From Bacillota bacterium (GTDB taxonomy: Bacteria; Bacillota; Peptococcia; Peptococcales; BICA1-8): 64,000 nucleotides of DNA. The stretch spans positions 19,041-83,040 of the forward strand of contig JBMOKT010000017.1 of the NCBI GenBank assembly GCA_049323895.1, read 5' to 3'. Positions 56,056 to 64,000 of the stretch are shown in pieces. The stretch's first letter is position 1. Each line of letters opens with the position of its first letter. The notes under the pieces were generated by a model, which had not been told where the DNA came from, ran no database searches, and saw only the letters and a list, made by a program, of their open reading frames with translations. Made by a program: the position numbers and the translations under genes.

Positions 56056-56111
56056 TTTATTCCCTTCCTTCTACTTACATACCCTTCTCTACCAATAATT
56101 TCATTTACAAA

Positions 56112-56170
56112 TTAGAAAACAGGGCTTACACCGAACCTATGGCAACCGCGGAAGCCGATGTTGTACTTAT
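56112..56170 (+). repeat. Copy 3 of the TTAGAAAACACGGCTTGCGCC element
   Basis: TTAGAAAACAGGGCTTACACCGAACCTATGGCAACCGCGGAAGCCGATGTTGTACTTAT. Confidence 0.75.
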
Positions 56171-56210
56171 ATTTATTACCTTGCAAAAATTATACTTTCT
56201 AAATAAGTAT

Positions 56211-56238
56211 AAAAAATCCTGCTTTCGCAGGATTTTTT
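56211..56238 (-). terminator. Intrinsic terminator after the GH18 gene
   Basis: AAAAAATCCTGC-tttc-GCAGGATTTTTT. Confidence 0.85.
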
Positions 56239-56252
56239 ATTTTTTCAATTGT

Positions 56253-57932
56253 CTATCGTTTATTAATAAAATCAGTTATAACAGGCCAAAAGCCCTCCCG
56301 CTCAAAACCCCTCCGCCAACCGGAAATACCCGCCAAATGGTATTTTTTCATTAAATTTATCCTTTGCTCCATAGAAAACTCGTCTTCCAGCCATATGCTG
56401 TATTTAACCCCATCCTTTTCAAGTTCCACATAGTTTTGACCAGTCAGGGGATCCTGAATCGGCTGGAGTTTGTTTTCTTTAACCCAGGCTTCAGCCCTTG
56501 TCATAGAAATGGCTTTGGAGGTCAATTTCCTGTTGCCCTTTTCATCTGTACTCTCTTCCCAGAGCCTGGTGTAAAAGGGCACGCCTAAAATAATCTTCTC
56601 ATTTGGTATCTCTTTCAATATTTGACGTAAGCCTTCCTCAACCCAGGGCAGGGAGGCAACTGAACCTGGATAATTGCTGAAAGTACCATGTTCATCGTAG
56701 GCCATTACTGTCACATAATCCACTATTTCACCCAGGCTTTGGCGGTCATAGCACATAGACCAGTTTTCACTACGGGAAATAAAGGTGACATTTACTGAAA
56801 TGGAGCGGTCCTTCTCATGGAGAAGGGGTGCCAGTTCCCTGACAAATTGAACATAACCTTCTTTGTCTTTTAAATACATGTTTTCAAAATCCAGATTGAT
56901 GCCATCCAGTTGATAGAGATCAACATAAGTAAGTAATTGTTTAATGACCTTAATCCGCAATTCCGGACTGGACAGGAATTGATGGGTTAAATCTTTGTCA
57001 AAACTATTATCAAATAAGCCCCACACCTGGCGTCCTGTTTCATGAGCCCATTGCACATACCTTACGTCACCCTGATTTTTTACTAAACCATCCTTTTCCA
57101 GGCTAAACCATGTCGGTGATACAACATGTAGCCCGGAAAGGTTGGGCAAATTTTTAGGATCTACCGTCTTCCCCCATGCCCCTTCCCAAGTCATTATAAT
57201 TTTTTCTCCTAAGGGGTTCCAAGGCTGGTAGTATTCCCTTGCAATTTCTGCTGTTTTTATTCCTGTCAGCCGTACCATTTTTTTGTCAAGGTAACCCATT
57301 TGTCCACTGATAGTTTCCACCCAGTAGTGACCATTTTCTTCCCGCATAATATAAACATTTTCCCCTTGGCTTATTTCCTCCAGCCAGGGGGATCTATCCG
57401 CAGGATTTTGCCGCAGTTTTCCTGCAGTCAGGACAGTGCCCTCAGTTAAAGGGACCTGAAAATTATGAATTATTGCTACCGATTGTTCCTGCAGATATTG
57501 TATATTCAACTGGTAATATTCATCCAGGGGCTCCGCGGGCAGATAAATATTGCCCTGGTTTTTTACCACAGGGTAGCTGAAGGGATATGGCTCAAGATTC
57601 AGCATCCCCTCCCTTTTTCCCAAGGGAAGGTGGTACACCTCATTGGGTGTTGTAATAATTACCCTTTGTCCTTGTTCGTCCCATTGAATATTAGGGTCAA
57701 TTTTACTCTTGATAAAAGACAGAGGCAGGTATAACTGCTCCTCGTTCAAGAGGGCTGAATCAACTTTTTCCCCCAAATAGTAAATGTGGATATCTTCCGT
57801 TGAATTAAGGGGCACCTTCTTCATAGCAGGCAAATAGTAAACAAAAATTATGGCTAAAAGAACAGCGGCCACTACTACATAACCCAATGGGTTTGCTTTT
57901 GCTTCATGTACTTTTTTAATTTCCGTGGACAT
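56253..57932 (-). CDS. Glycoside hydrolase family 18 protein of the spore peptidoglycan hydrolase type (YaaH/YdhD-like), with N-terminal anchor and SH3-like region
   Basis: It has a TM anchor and the GH18 catalytic region GINLDFENM (DxxDxDxE type). Confidence 0.8.
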   Translation of the reverse strand: MSTEIKKVHEAKANPLGYVVVAAVLLAIIFVYYLPAMKKVPLNSTEDIHIYYLGEKVDSALLNEEQLYLPLSFIKSKIDPNIQWDEQGQRVIITTPNEVYHLPLGKREGMLNLEPYPFSYPVVKNQGNIYLPAEPLDEYYQLNIQYLQEQSVAIIHNFQVPLTEGTVLTAGKLRQNPADRSPWLEEISQGENVYIMREENGHYWVETISGQMGYLDKKMVRLTGIKTAEIAREYYQPWNPLGEKIIMTWEGAWGKTVDPKNLPNLSGLHVVSPTWFSLEKDGLVKNQGDVRYVQWAHETGRQVWGLFDNSFDKDLTHQFLSSPELRIKVIKQLLTYVDLYQLDGINLDFENMYLKDKEGYVQFVRELAPLLHEKDRSISVNVTFISRSENWSMCYDRQSLGEIVDYVTVMAYDEHGTFSNYPGSVASLPWVEEGLRQILKEIPNEKIILGVPFYTRLWEESTDEKGNRKLTSKAISMTRAEAWVKENKLQPIQDPLTGQNYVELEKDGVKYSIWLEDEFSMEQRINLMKKYHLAGISGWRRGFEREGFWPVITDFINKR

Positions 57933-58134
57933 ATTTCAACCCCTTATTGCTTTCTTTTTGACTCCTTTGCTTTATTCGCTAATAAGGCATACTATCCTTT
58001 TGTTAATTAATGCAAAAGAAAAAGCACCGGGGACAGGTACTTTTGCTTGTAAATTACAATAAAGGAACGACCCGAGGTCCATTCCTTATTTATACATATC
58101 AGAAGGTATAAAACCTCCCAAAAAGGTAATAAGC

Positions 58135-58193
58135 ATAAGTGCAACATCGGCTTCCGCAGTCGCCAAAGACTCGGCGCAAGCTATGTTTTCTAA
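58135..58193 (-). repeat. Copy 4 (inverted) of the TTAGAAAACACGGCTTGCGCC element
   Basis: The reverse complement reads TTAGAAAACATAGCTTGCGCCGAGTCTTTGGCGACTGCGGAAGCCGATGTTGCACTTAT. Confidence 0.75.
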
Positions 58194-58196
58194 TAC

Positions 58197-58634
58197 CTAT
58201 GTTATTTTCATTTTACTTAAAACCTCATTAATTTCCTTACGACCTTTCCCAACCTCTTGCAGTTTATCTTGCAATATGGCTTGGGCTGTTTCCAGAAGCT
58301 GATCAACAAAGTCCTGCGCCTCTGCAATAACCTTTTGGGCATTTTCCTCGTACCCATTACATGACTCCTGGTGGTTATTTTCCACTGCTGCTTCCACAGG
58401 ATTTGTTTCCTTTTGGCAAGTCAACGCCCCTTCCCCCTTCTCGTAGCTTTCATAAAGCTTTTTCATTTCTTTCATCTCTTTAGGAAGTTTGCTGCGCAAT
58501 TTGTCAAGATAGTCATAAACTATGTCTTTATCCACAATTACCTTATTGCTAAAAGGAATAGCTTTGCTTTCCATAATATATGTTTCTAAATCCATTATAA
58601 ACTTATATGTTTCTATCGCGGATTTGAACTCCAT
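58197..58634 (-). CDS. Hypothetical coiled-coil protein
   Basis: 145-aa ORF. The N-terminal IPFSNKVIVDKD pattern recurs in uncharacterised Firmicute proteins. I cannot assign a function. Confidence 0.55.
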   Translation of the reverse strand: MEFKSAIETYKFIMDLETYIMESKAIPFSNKVIVDKDIVYDYLDKLRSKLPKEMKEMKKLYESYEKGEGALTCQKETNPVEAAVENNHQESCNGYEENAQKVIAEAQDFVDQLLETAQAILQDKLQEVGKGRKEINEVLSKMKIT

Positions 58635-58816
58635 CCCTACCTGCCTCCATTTAAAAGTAGAATATTGTCGAACTATTACTATTTTACTACTTAAAGGAAA
58701 AATCAGCTAGTACTGGTTGGAAAGTGTTTTTATTGAAACAACTGTAACACAAAAGACCTCCCATTAATAATATGTTACGAAACAAAACAATATTTTTAAG
58801 GAGGCGACCGTTTGTA

Positions 58817-59821
58817 ATGAAAAAGTTTATATGTTGGACCTTAATTTTTTTCTTTAGTGTCCTGGCCATGTTTTCTTTTACCGGTTGTGGAGAAGAAAAG
58901 TTAACCAAAGTAAAATTAAATGAAGTAACCCATTCTGTTTTTTATGCACCCCTTTATGCAGCAATAAATAACGGATTTTTCCAGGAAGAGGGTATAGAAC
59001 TGGAGCTTACCACCGGTCAGGGTGCAGACAAAGTAATGACAGCAATCCTCTCCGGCCAAGCCGATATCGGTTTTATGGGACCTGAAGCAACTGTCTACGT
59101 ATTTAACGAAGGTAAAGAAGACTATGCAGTGAATTTTGCCCAGCTAACTAAGAGGGATGGCTCCTTCTTGGTTGCCAGGGAACCTGATCCAAATTTCACC
59201 TGGGAAAAAGTTAAAGGAAAAACCATTATCGGTGGACGCAAGGGCGGAATGCCGGAAATGACCCTGGAATATGTGCTGAAAAACAAAGGTATTATGCCCA
59301 ATAAGGATGTTGAGGTTTTGACTAATATCCAGTTTGCCTTAATGGCAGGAGCCTTTACCGGAGGAACAGGGGATTATGTCACATTATTCGAGCCCGTGGC
59401 AGCAACCCTTGAAAAACAAGGTGCGGGCTATGTAGTGGCTTCAGTTGGTCTAGACAGCGGTGAAATACCCTACACAGTCTTTTCCGCCAAGAAAAGCTAT
59501 CTGGAAAAGAACAAGGACATAATTCAAAAGTTCACTAATGCTATTTATAGAGGACAAAAGTGGATACAAGAAAAATCCCCCGAAGAAATAGCCAAAGCCA
59601 TTAAACCTTCTTTTCCTGATTCGGACGAAGCAGTCTTAACAGCTGTTGCCAAACGTTACAAGGAAATAGATGCCTGGGCTAAAGATCCTTTATTCAGCCC
59701 CGAAGCCTTTGAAAGAATGCAAGATGTGATGGAACTGGCCGGGGAGCTAAATAAAAGGGCTCCTTATGCTAAACTTGTCACTAATAGTTTTGCTGAGGAA
59801 GCAAAAAAACTGGCTAAATAA
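58817..59821 (+). CDS. ABC transporter substrate-binding lipoprotein (NMT1/THI5-like, nitrate/sulfonate/bicarbonate family)
   Basis: Lipobox FSFTGC is present. The start was moved to MKKFICW because AAGGAGG lies upstream. The track ORF begins at 58772. Confidence 0.85.
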   Translation: MKKFICWTLIFFFSVLAMFSFTGCGEEKLTKVKLNEVTHSVFYAPLYAAINNGFFQEEGIELELTTGQGADKVMTAILSGQADIGFMGPEATVYVFNEGKEDYAVNFAQLTKRDGSFLVAREPDPNFTWEKVKGKTIIGGRKGGMPEMTLEYVLKNKGIMPNKDVEVLTNIQFALMAGAFTGGTGDYVTLFEPVAATLEKQGAGYVVASVGLDSGEIPYTVFSAKKSYLEKNKDIIQKFTNAIYRGQKWIQEKSPEEIAKAIKPSFPDSDEAVLTAVAKRYKEIDAWAKDPLFSPEAFERMQDVMELAGELNKRAPYAKLVTNSFAEEAKKLAK

Positions 59822-59859
59822 GTCAATCCACATACAGTCTTAAGGGGAGATGATATTTA

Positions 59860-60633
59860 GTGGAGGCTAAACCTTTAGTAACAATTAGAAACATTTCAAT
59901 GAAATACCAGAGCCCGGAAGGTGAAATAGAAGCCTTACGAAACGTCTCTCTGGAAATTTTGGAGGGAGAATTCATCAGCATCGTAGGACCAAGCGGCTGC
60001 GGCAAATCTACCCTATTAAATATTATTGCCGGTCTGATTGAACCTTCCGACGGGGAAATACTTATAAATAATAAAATTGTAAAAAAGCCCACCGGAATGG
60101 TGGGCTATATGCCCCAAAGAGACCAACTGTTTGAATGGAGGAGCATCTGGAAAAACGTAGTCTTAGGCTTAGAAATTCAAGATAAAGTGAATGATACTAC
60201 AGCCGCATTTGCACACAAGCTTTTAAAGGACTATGGACTCGAGGAATTTAAATATAAGTTTCCTAACCAGCTTTCTGGAGGTATGCGCCAAAGGGTAGCC
60301 CTTATCCGTACCCTGGCAATTAATCCGGAAATCCTTCTGCTGGACGAGGCTTTTTCCGCCCTGGATTATCAGACCAGACTGGTAGTAACCGATGAGGTAA
60401 AGGAAATAATCAGGAAGGAAAACAAAACCGCGATTTTAGTAACCCATGACTTGTCTGAAGCAATAAGCATGGCTGACAGGGTTGTGGTTTTAACCCAAAG
60501 GCCAGGAACAGTTAAGAACATTCATAATATCCGATTGACCTGTGATATCCATACGCCTCTAGGCTGCCGGGAAGCACCGGAGTTTAAGGACTACTTTAAC
60601 AAGATATGGAGGGAGTTGGATGTCCGTGTCTAA
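59860..60633 (+). CDS. ABC transporter ATP-binding protein (SsuB/TauB type)
   Basis: Contains Walker A GPSGCGKST, the LSGGMRQRVALIR signature and LLLDEAFSALD. Confidence 0.92.
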   Translation: MEAKPLVTIRNISMKYQSPEGEIEALRNVSLEILEGEFISIVGPSGCGKSTLLNIIAGLIEPSDGEILINNKIVKKPTGMVGYMPQRDQLFEWRSIWKNVVLGLEIQDKVNDTTAAFAHKLLKDYGLEEFKYKFPNQLSGGMRQRVALIRTLAINPEILLLDEAFSALDYQTRLVVTDEVKEIIRKENKTAILVTHDLSEAISMADRVVVLTQRPGTVKNIHNIRLTCDIHTPLGCREAPEFKDYFNKIWRELDVRV

Positions 60634-61441
60634 TCAAAAACAAGTACAGGGTTTCTCACCCGAACATCTAGCCTATTTAAGGGAAAGAAGACAGTACCGT
60701 TGGAAGGTCTTGTCAACTCAAATACTTTTATTGGCAGGGATAATTGCACTGTGGGAAACAGCCGGTCAGCTTGGCTGGATTGATTCCTTTATTACCAGTC
60801 AGCCTACCCGTATATGGAAAACCCTAATTAACCTTCATCGGGAAGGTTCTCTATATTACCATATTGGAATTACTGTTTTTGAAACAGTAATTGGTTTTGT
60901 ATCTGGAACAATTCTGGGTACAATAATTGCAATTGTATTATGGTGGTCGGATTTTATTTCCGAAGTCCTTGACCCGTACTTAGTAGTATTAAATGCTTTG
61001 CCAAAAATTGCATTAGGACCAATCTTAATTGTATGGATTGGAAATGGGGCACCTGCTATCATTGCAATGGCCCTCTTTATCTCCCTAATTGTTACTATAT
61101 TAGGGGTATATTCAGGTTTTTCTCAGGTTGATAAAGATAAGATAAAACTTCTGAAGACCTTTGGAGCAACTAAGTTGCAAATACTTCAAAAAGCCATTTT
61201 ACCGGCAAGTGTTCCTACAATTATCTCTGCCCTTAAAATTAATGTAGGCTTATCATGGGTCGGTGTTATTGTTGGTGAATTTTTAGTCTCCAAAGCAGGC
61301 TTGGGCTATTTAATAGTATATGGGGGTCAAGTATTTAAACTGGATTTAGTAATGACTAGTGTGATTATACTTTCAATTGCAGCGGCAATTATGTATAAAG
61401 CCATTGTGCTTTTAGAGCAGTTATTCATGAAGTGGAGGTAA
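60620..61441 (+). CDS. ABC transporter permease (SsuC/TauC type)
   Basis: It has six TM segments and the EAA-like loop KLLKTFGATKLQILQKAILPAS. Its start overlaps the ATPase gene by 14 nt. Confidence 0.9.
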   Translation: MSVSNQKQVQGFSPEHLAYLRERRQYRWKVLSTQILLLAGIIALWETAGQLGWIDSFITSQPTRIWKTLINLHREGSLYYHIGITVFETVIGFVSGTILGTIIAIVLWWSDFISEVLDPYLVVLNALPKIALGPILIVWIGNGAPAIIAMALFISLIVTILGVYSGFSQVDKDKIKLLKTFGATKLQILQKAILPASVPTIISALKINVGLSWVGVIVGEFLVSKAGLGYLIVYGGQVFKLDLVMTSVIILSIAAAIMYKAIVLLEQLFMKWR

Positions 61442-61711
61442 AACGGCTAAGACCTTTTCAATACTCCGTACCCAGTAACCAGTGCCGATATCTTTATGGT
61501 AAGCATGCCATTTTCGGGATTAACATCAGCCATTTTTTCACCAAGTTTAAAATCAGTTGCCGTATTTCCTTATAATCTAAGTATAAATCAGGAATTCATT
61601 TAATTCTGTAAATTACTTCAATTTAAATAACTTTGGCAGGATTCTAAATATTCCGCAGCGAATTTAACTATTTTCAAAGCTGTTTATCTATGAAAAATGG
61701 AGGGATGGTTA

Positions 61712-62227
61712 ATGGATAAAAAGTTAGTCTTTTGCTTATGTGCTTTGCTTGTACTAATCTTCCTTTTAATTCCTGGTACAGTTTTTGCAGCCTTTGATGA
61801 GTATGGCTATAATGAAACAGCCTGTATTTTTAACGGTTCTTTTGAAAACTGGGAAAATTTCGTATACGGCTTACCTTCAGCACCAGTTGATTGGGAAACA
61901 AAAAATGTCCAGTTTTTAGTGAGAAAATGGAGCAAGGATTTTGACCAAGCTATGTTCCACGGGATGCCGTGGAAAGATGGCGCCTGGCAAATGGCTCATT
62001 TTTACCAGTATCTATCAGGGGAACAGGAAGGTTGGACCTGGAATTGGGACTTTAAAATAGTTTTCTCTGCGGTTCCTGTTGCAGGAGCAATAGATACCGG
62101 AGGGAACTTCTGGCTTATTCAAAGTAAAACCTGGCTTTTAGGTCCACAAGGTGAAGAAATTGAGGTGCCGGATATGTACACCTTAAAAGCAATTCCTCCC
62201 TCCTTAGGTGGAGGAACATACAGATAA
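61712..62227 (+). CDS. Secreted hypothetical protein
   Basis: Signal peptide MDKKLVFCLCALLVLIFLLIPGTVFA|AF. The start was moved to 61712 because GGAGGG lies 8 nt upstream. The mature part is Trp-rich and I recognise no family. Confidence 0.55.
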   Translation: MDKKLVFCLCALLVLIFLLIPGTVFAAFDEYGYNETACIFNGSFENWENFVYGLPSAPVDWETKNVQFLVRKWSKDFDQAMFHGMPWKDGAWQMAHFYQYLSGEQEGWTWNWDFKIVFSAVPVAGAIDTGGNFWLIQSKTWLLGPQGEEIEVPDMYTLKAIPPSLGGGTYR

Positions 62228-62434
62228 ATAAGCAATGCTCATTTATGTGTATGTTAGGTAAAGGTAAGCTGCTGGGTTAACATATTGGGACAGGTAAAGG
62301 TTAAGAAAATAAGTGAGCTGCTTTGTTAGTTAGATGTAATTCTTACTGATGCATACTAGCTGAATACAAAAAGTTTAAGATTTATTTAAGCCCTACCTTT
62401 TTTTAAAAAGACAGGGCTTTTAAATTAAGTTTAA

Positions 62435-63046
62435 TTAAAAAATGCTAGACCAGATGGCATAGACTCCAAAACCGGCAATAACAGTACCTGAGAACCTATT
62501 GATAAGTCTTAGGCCTCCTTCAGTGACTTTATTTTTGACCAAACCAACTCCCTGGCTCAGGATAAACCACCACAAGGCAGAACCCATAAATACCCCTGCA
62601 ACCAAAGTTGCCGCCGCAGCATAGCTGCTATCAACCATAGCAACACCCAGACCGGCAAAAACAGCAATATAATATATGATGGCAATAGGATTGGTAATGG
62701 CAACAATAAAGGAAGAAGCAAAAGCAGTCAATAAACCATAGCCTGTTGCTGAAGCGTCATCTACTGCAGGCTTAGTGATAAATATCTTATAGCCTAGATA
62801 GATGATAAAGGTTCCCCCAATAAGACGGAAAATATTTTGCTGACTAACCAGAAAATTAGAAATCATTGTCAAACCAAAGCCTCCTATGGAGGCATAAATT
62901 AAATCTGTGACTGCAGCACCCATTCCTGTCACAAAACCATATAATCTGCCCCCGGCTAAGGTTCTCCTGATGCACAAAACCCCTATGGGACCTACAGGTG
63001 CAGCTATTGACAAACCAATTATAAATCCTTGCAGCCAAATTTCCAT
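62435..63046 (-). CDS. LysE/RhtB-family amino-acid exporter
   Basis: Contains GLSIAAPVGPIGVLCIRRTL and about 6 TM segments. Confidence 0.85.
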   Translation of the reverse strand: MEIWLQGFIIGLSIAAPVGPIGVLCIRRTLAGGRLYGFVTGMGAAVTDLIYASIGGFGLTMISNFLVSQQNIFRLIGGTFIIYLGYKIFITKPAVDDASATGYGLLTAFASSFIVAITNPIAIIYYIAVFAGLGVAMVDSSYAAAATLVAGVFMGSALWWFILSQGVGLVKNKVTEGGLRLINRFSGTVIAGFGVYAIWSSIF

Positions 63047-63069
63047 AAAAACACCTTCTTATATTTTTT

Positions 63070-63430
63070 TAAGGAATTCATTCTATGTCAGTTATATCTA
63101 AAAGGATTCATTTTTGGTCAGTTTCTTGCTCACGGGATTCATTGTTGATTAGTTAGTTCTAGTGGGATTCATGCTTTGTCAGTTATTTCTTAAGGGATTC
63201 ATTTTGAGTCAGTTATATCTGTGTGATTCATTGTTTGTAAGTTACTTCTATTGTAATCTTCGATTGTCAGTTAAAAACTGACTAACAATGTTCACCTAGA
63301 AGCATCAACTGACTAACAATCTCAACCCTTAAGCATTGTCTGACTAGCAATCTACACCCATTAGCCTTATCTGACTAGCAATCTTCACCCAAAAGCATTA
63401 TCTGACCTACAATGTTTACCCATTAGCCTT
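63070..63430. repeat. Head-to-head array of about 12 units of the ~30-bp family (locus 3)
   Basis: About 7 units of type GGGATTCATTTTGAGTCAGTTATATCT occupy 63070-63262. The centre is ATTGTCAGTT-AAAA-ACTGACTAACAAT. About 5.5 opposite units of type TTAAGCATTGTCTGACTAGCAATCTTCACCC run to 63430. Confidence 0.9.
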
Positions 63431-64000
63431 GAGCCTTTCTGCTAACTTCGTATTCCGCTGGCTGACGGTGTTATTTTTCACTGCCATGGCAAGGGCTCTG
63501 GCTGAACCGACCAATACCAGCACTTTTTTGGCCCTGGTCACACATGTGTATAGGAGGTTTCTCTGCAGCATCATATAGTGCTGTGTAACCAAAGGAGCTA
63601 CTACAATCTTATACTCACTCCCCTGGCTTTTATGTACTGTAGTAGCATAGGCCAGTACAACTTCATCCAGTTCAGTCACATCATATTCTACGTCTACGTC
63701 ATCAAATCTGATTTTTACCTGTTTATCTTCCAGATCAATATGGGTTATCCGGCCGATATCACCATTAAAAACATTTTTCTCATAATTATTCTTAATCTGC
63801 ATTACTTTATCATAAAGCTTATACTTAACGCCCCCATTATTAAGAAATGTATTGTTGGGGTTTAACGCCTCCTGCAAAACTTCATTAAGGTTGCGTGCCC
63901 CTGCCTCCCCCCTCTGCATGGGGGTAATGACCTGTATATCACCTACTGGATCCACTCTGTAAAAGGCAGGTAGTCTTGTCTTGCAGAGGGATTTTATATG
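63416..64000 (-). CDS. recD2: RecD2-type SF1 DNA helicase, C-terminal part; the 5' end runs off the right edge
   Basis: Contains ATTVHKSQGSEYKIVV (helicase motif VI region) and LLYTCVTRAKK. The frame stays open to position 64000. Confidence 0.85.
   Translation of the reverse strand, partial: HIKSLCKTRLPAFYRVDPVGDIQVITPMQRGEAGARNLNEVLQEALNPNNTFLNNGGVKYKLYDKVMQIKNNYEKNVFNGDIGRITHIDLEDKQVKIRFDDVDVEYDVTELDEVVLAYATTVHKSQGSEYKIVVAPLVTQHYMMLQRNLLYTCVTRAKKVLVLVGSARALAMAVKNNTVSQRNTKLAERLKANG

Noticed and set aside
58687-58908. 73-aa minus-strand ORF overlapping the start of the substrate-binding protein gene, and ORF 59823..60092 (-) antisense to the ABC ATPase gene.
   Set aside because: Both are antisense to confident genes, with no RBS and a hydrophobic low-complexity translation.
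61480-61575. Possible gene remnant or small ORF on the minus strand (…MADVNPENGMLTIKISALVTGYGVLKRS) downstream of the ABC permease gene.
   Set aside because: It is only about 28-40 codons with a weak RBS and is flanked by a repeat fragment. I cannot distinguish it from chance without homology searches.
1-64000. Searched for tRNA, rRNA, transposase or integrase genes, toxin-antitoxin pairs, restriction-modification systems and other defence systems.
   Set aside because: No ORF shows the corresponding motifs, and no cloverleaf-like or rRNA-like segments were noticed. The window is dominated by housekeeping operons.

Overview
This is a 64-kb chromosomal segment from a low-GC, endospore-forming, anaerobic Firmicute of Clostridia type. 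The species cannot be named from the sequence alone. About 60 protein genes are present, mostly on the minus strand, and almost all are housekeeping.

Gene content, left to right:
- An IclR regulator (cut by the left edge) and a homocitrate/isopropylmalate-synthase-like gene.
- pgeF, then nrdR-nrdD-nrdG with tandem NrdR boxes.
- The sporulation block ylmC, spoIIR, sigG, sigE, spoIIGA.
- A roughly 13-kb accessory block: a soluble MCP-tip protein, a sigma-54-controlled SDR/thiolase/CoA-transferase/GntP-permease/thiolase module with its CBS-PAS enhancer-binding protein, crotonase, a 4Fe-4S membrane protein, crcB and a Nudix hydrolase.
- A complete dcw cluster: ftsZ, ftsQ, murA, murB, murC, murG, ftsW, murD, mraY, murF, murE, pbp, ftsL, rsmH, mraZ. 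It carries phased MraZ boxes and has no ftsA.
- lpd, an M28 peptidase, a P-loop/Asp23 fusion followed by dnaD-like and dnaI-like genes, and an M42 peptidase.
- A second soluble sensor-MCP protein.
- A four-gene GGDEF / HD-GYP / RLAN / RimK operon.
- A GH18 hydrolase, an NMT1-type ABC transporter, a LysE exporter, and recD2 (cut by the right edge).

I found no rRNA, tRNA, CRISPR, transposase, prophage or recognisable defence genes.

The least explained content is non-coding. (1) Head-to-head arrays of degenerate ~30-bp units lie at three loci, two of them inside the dcw operon, and each abuts and supplies the stop codon of the upstream gene. (2) A ~75-bp GTGGCTAG/GTGACTGG element occurs in three full and two partial copies. 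(3) A ~60-bp TTAGAAAACACGGCTTGCGCC element occurs in four copies.

Non-ORF coordinates were counted by hand from the sequence and may be off by 1-2 nt. No database search or folding calculation was possible.
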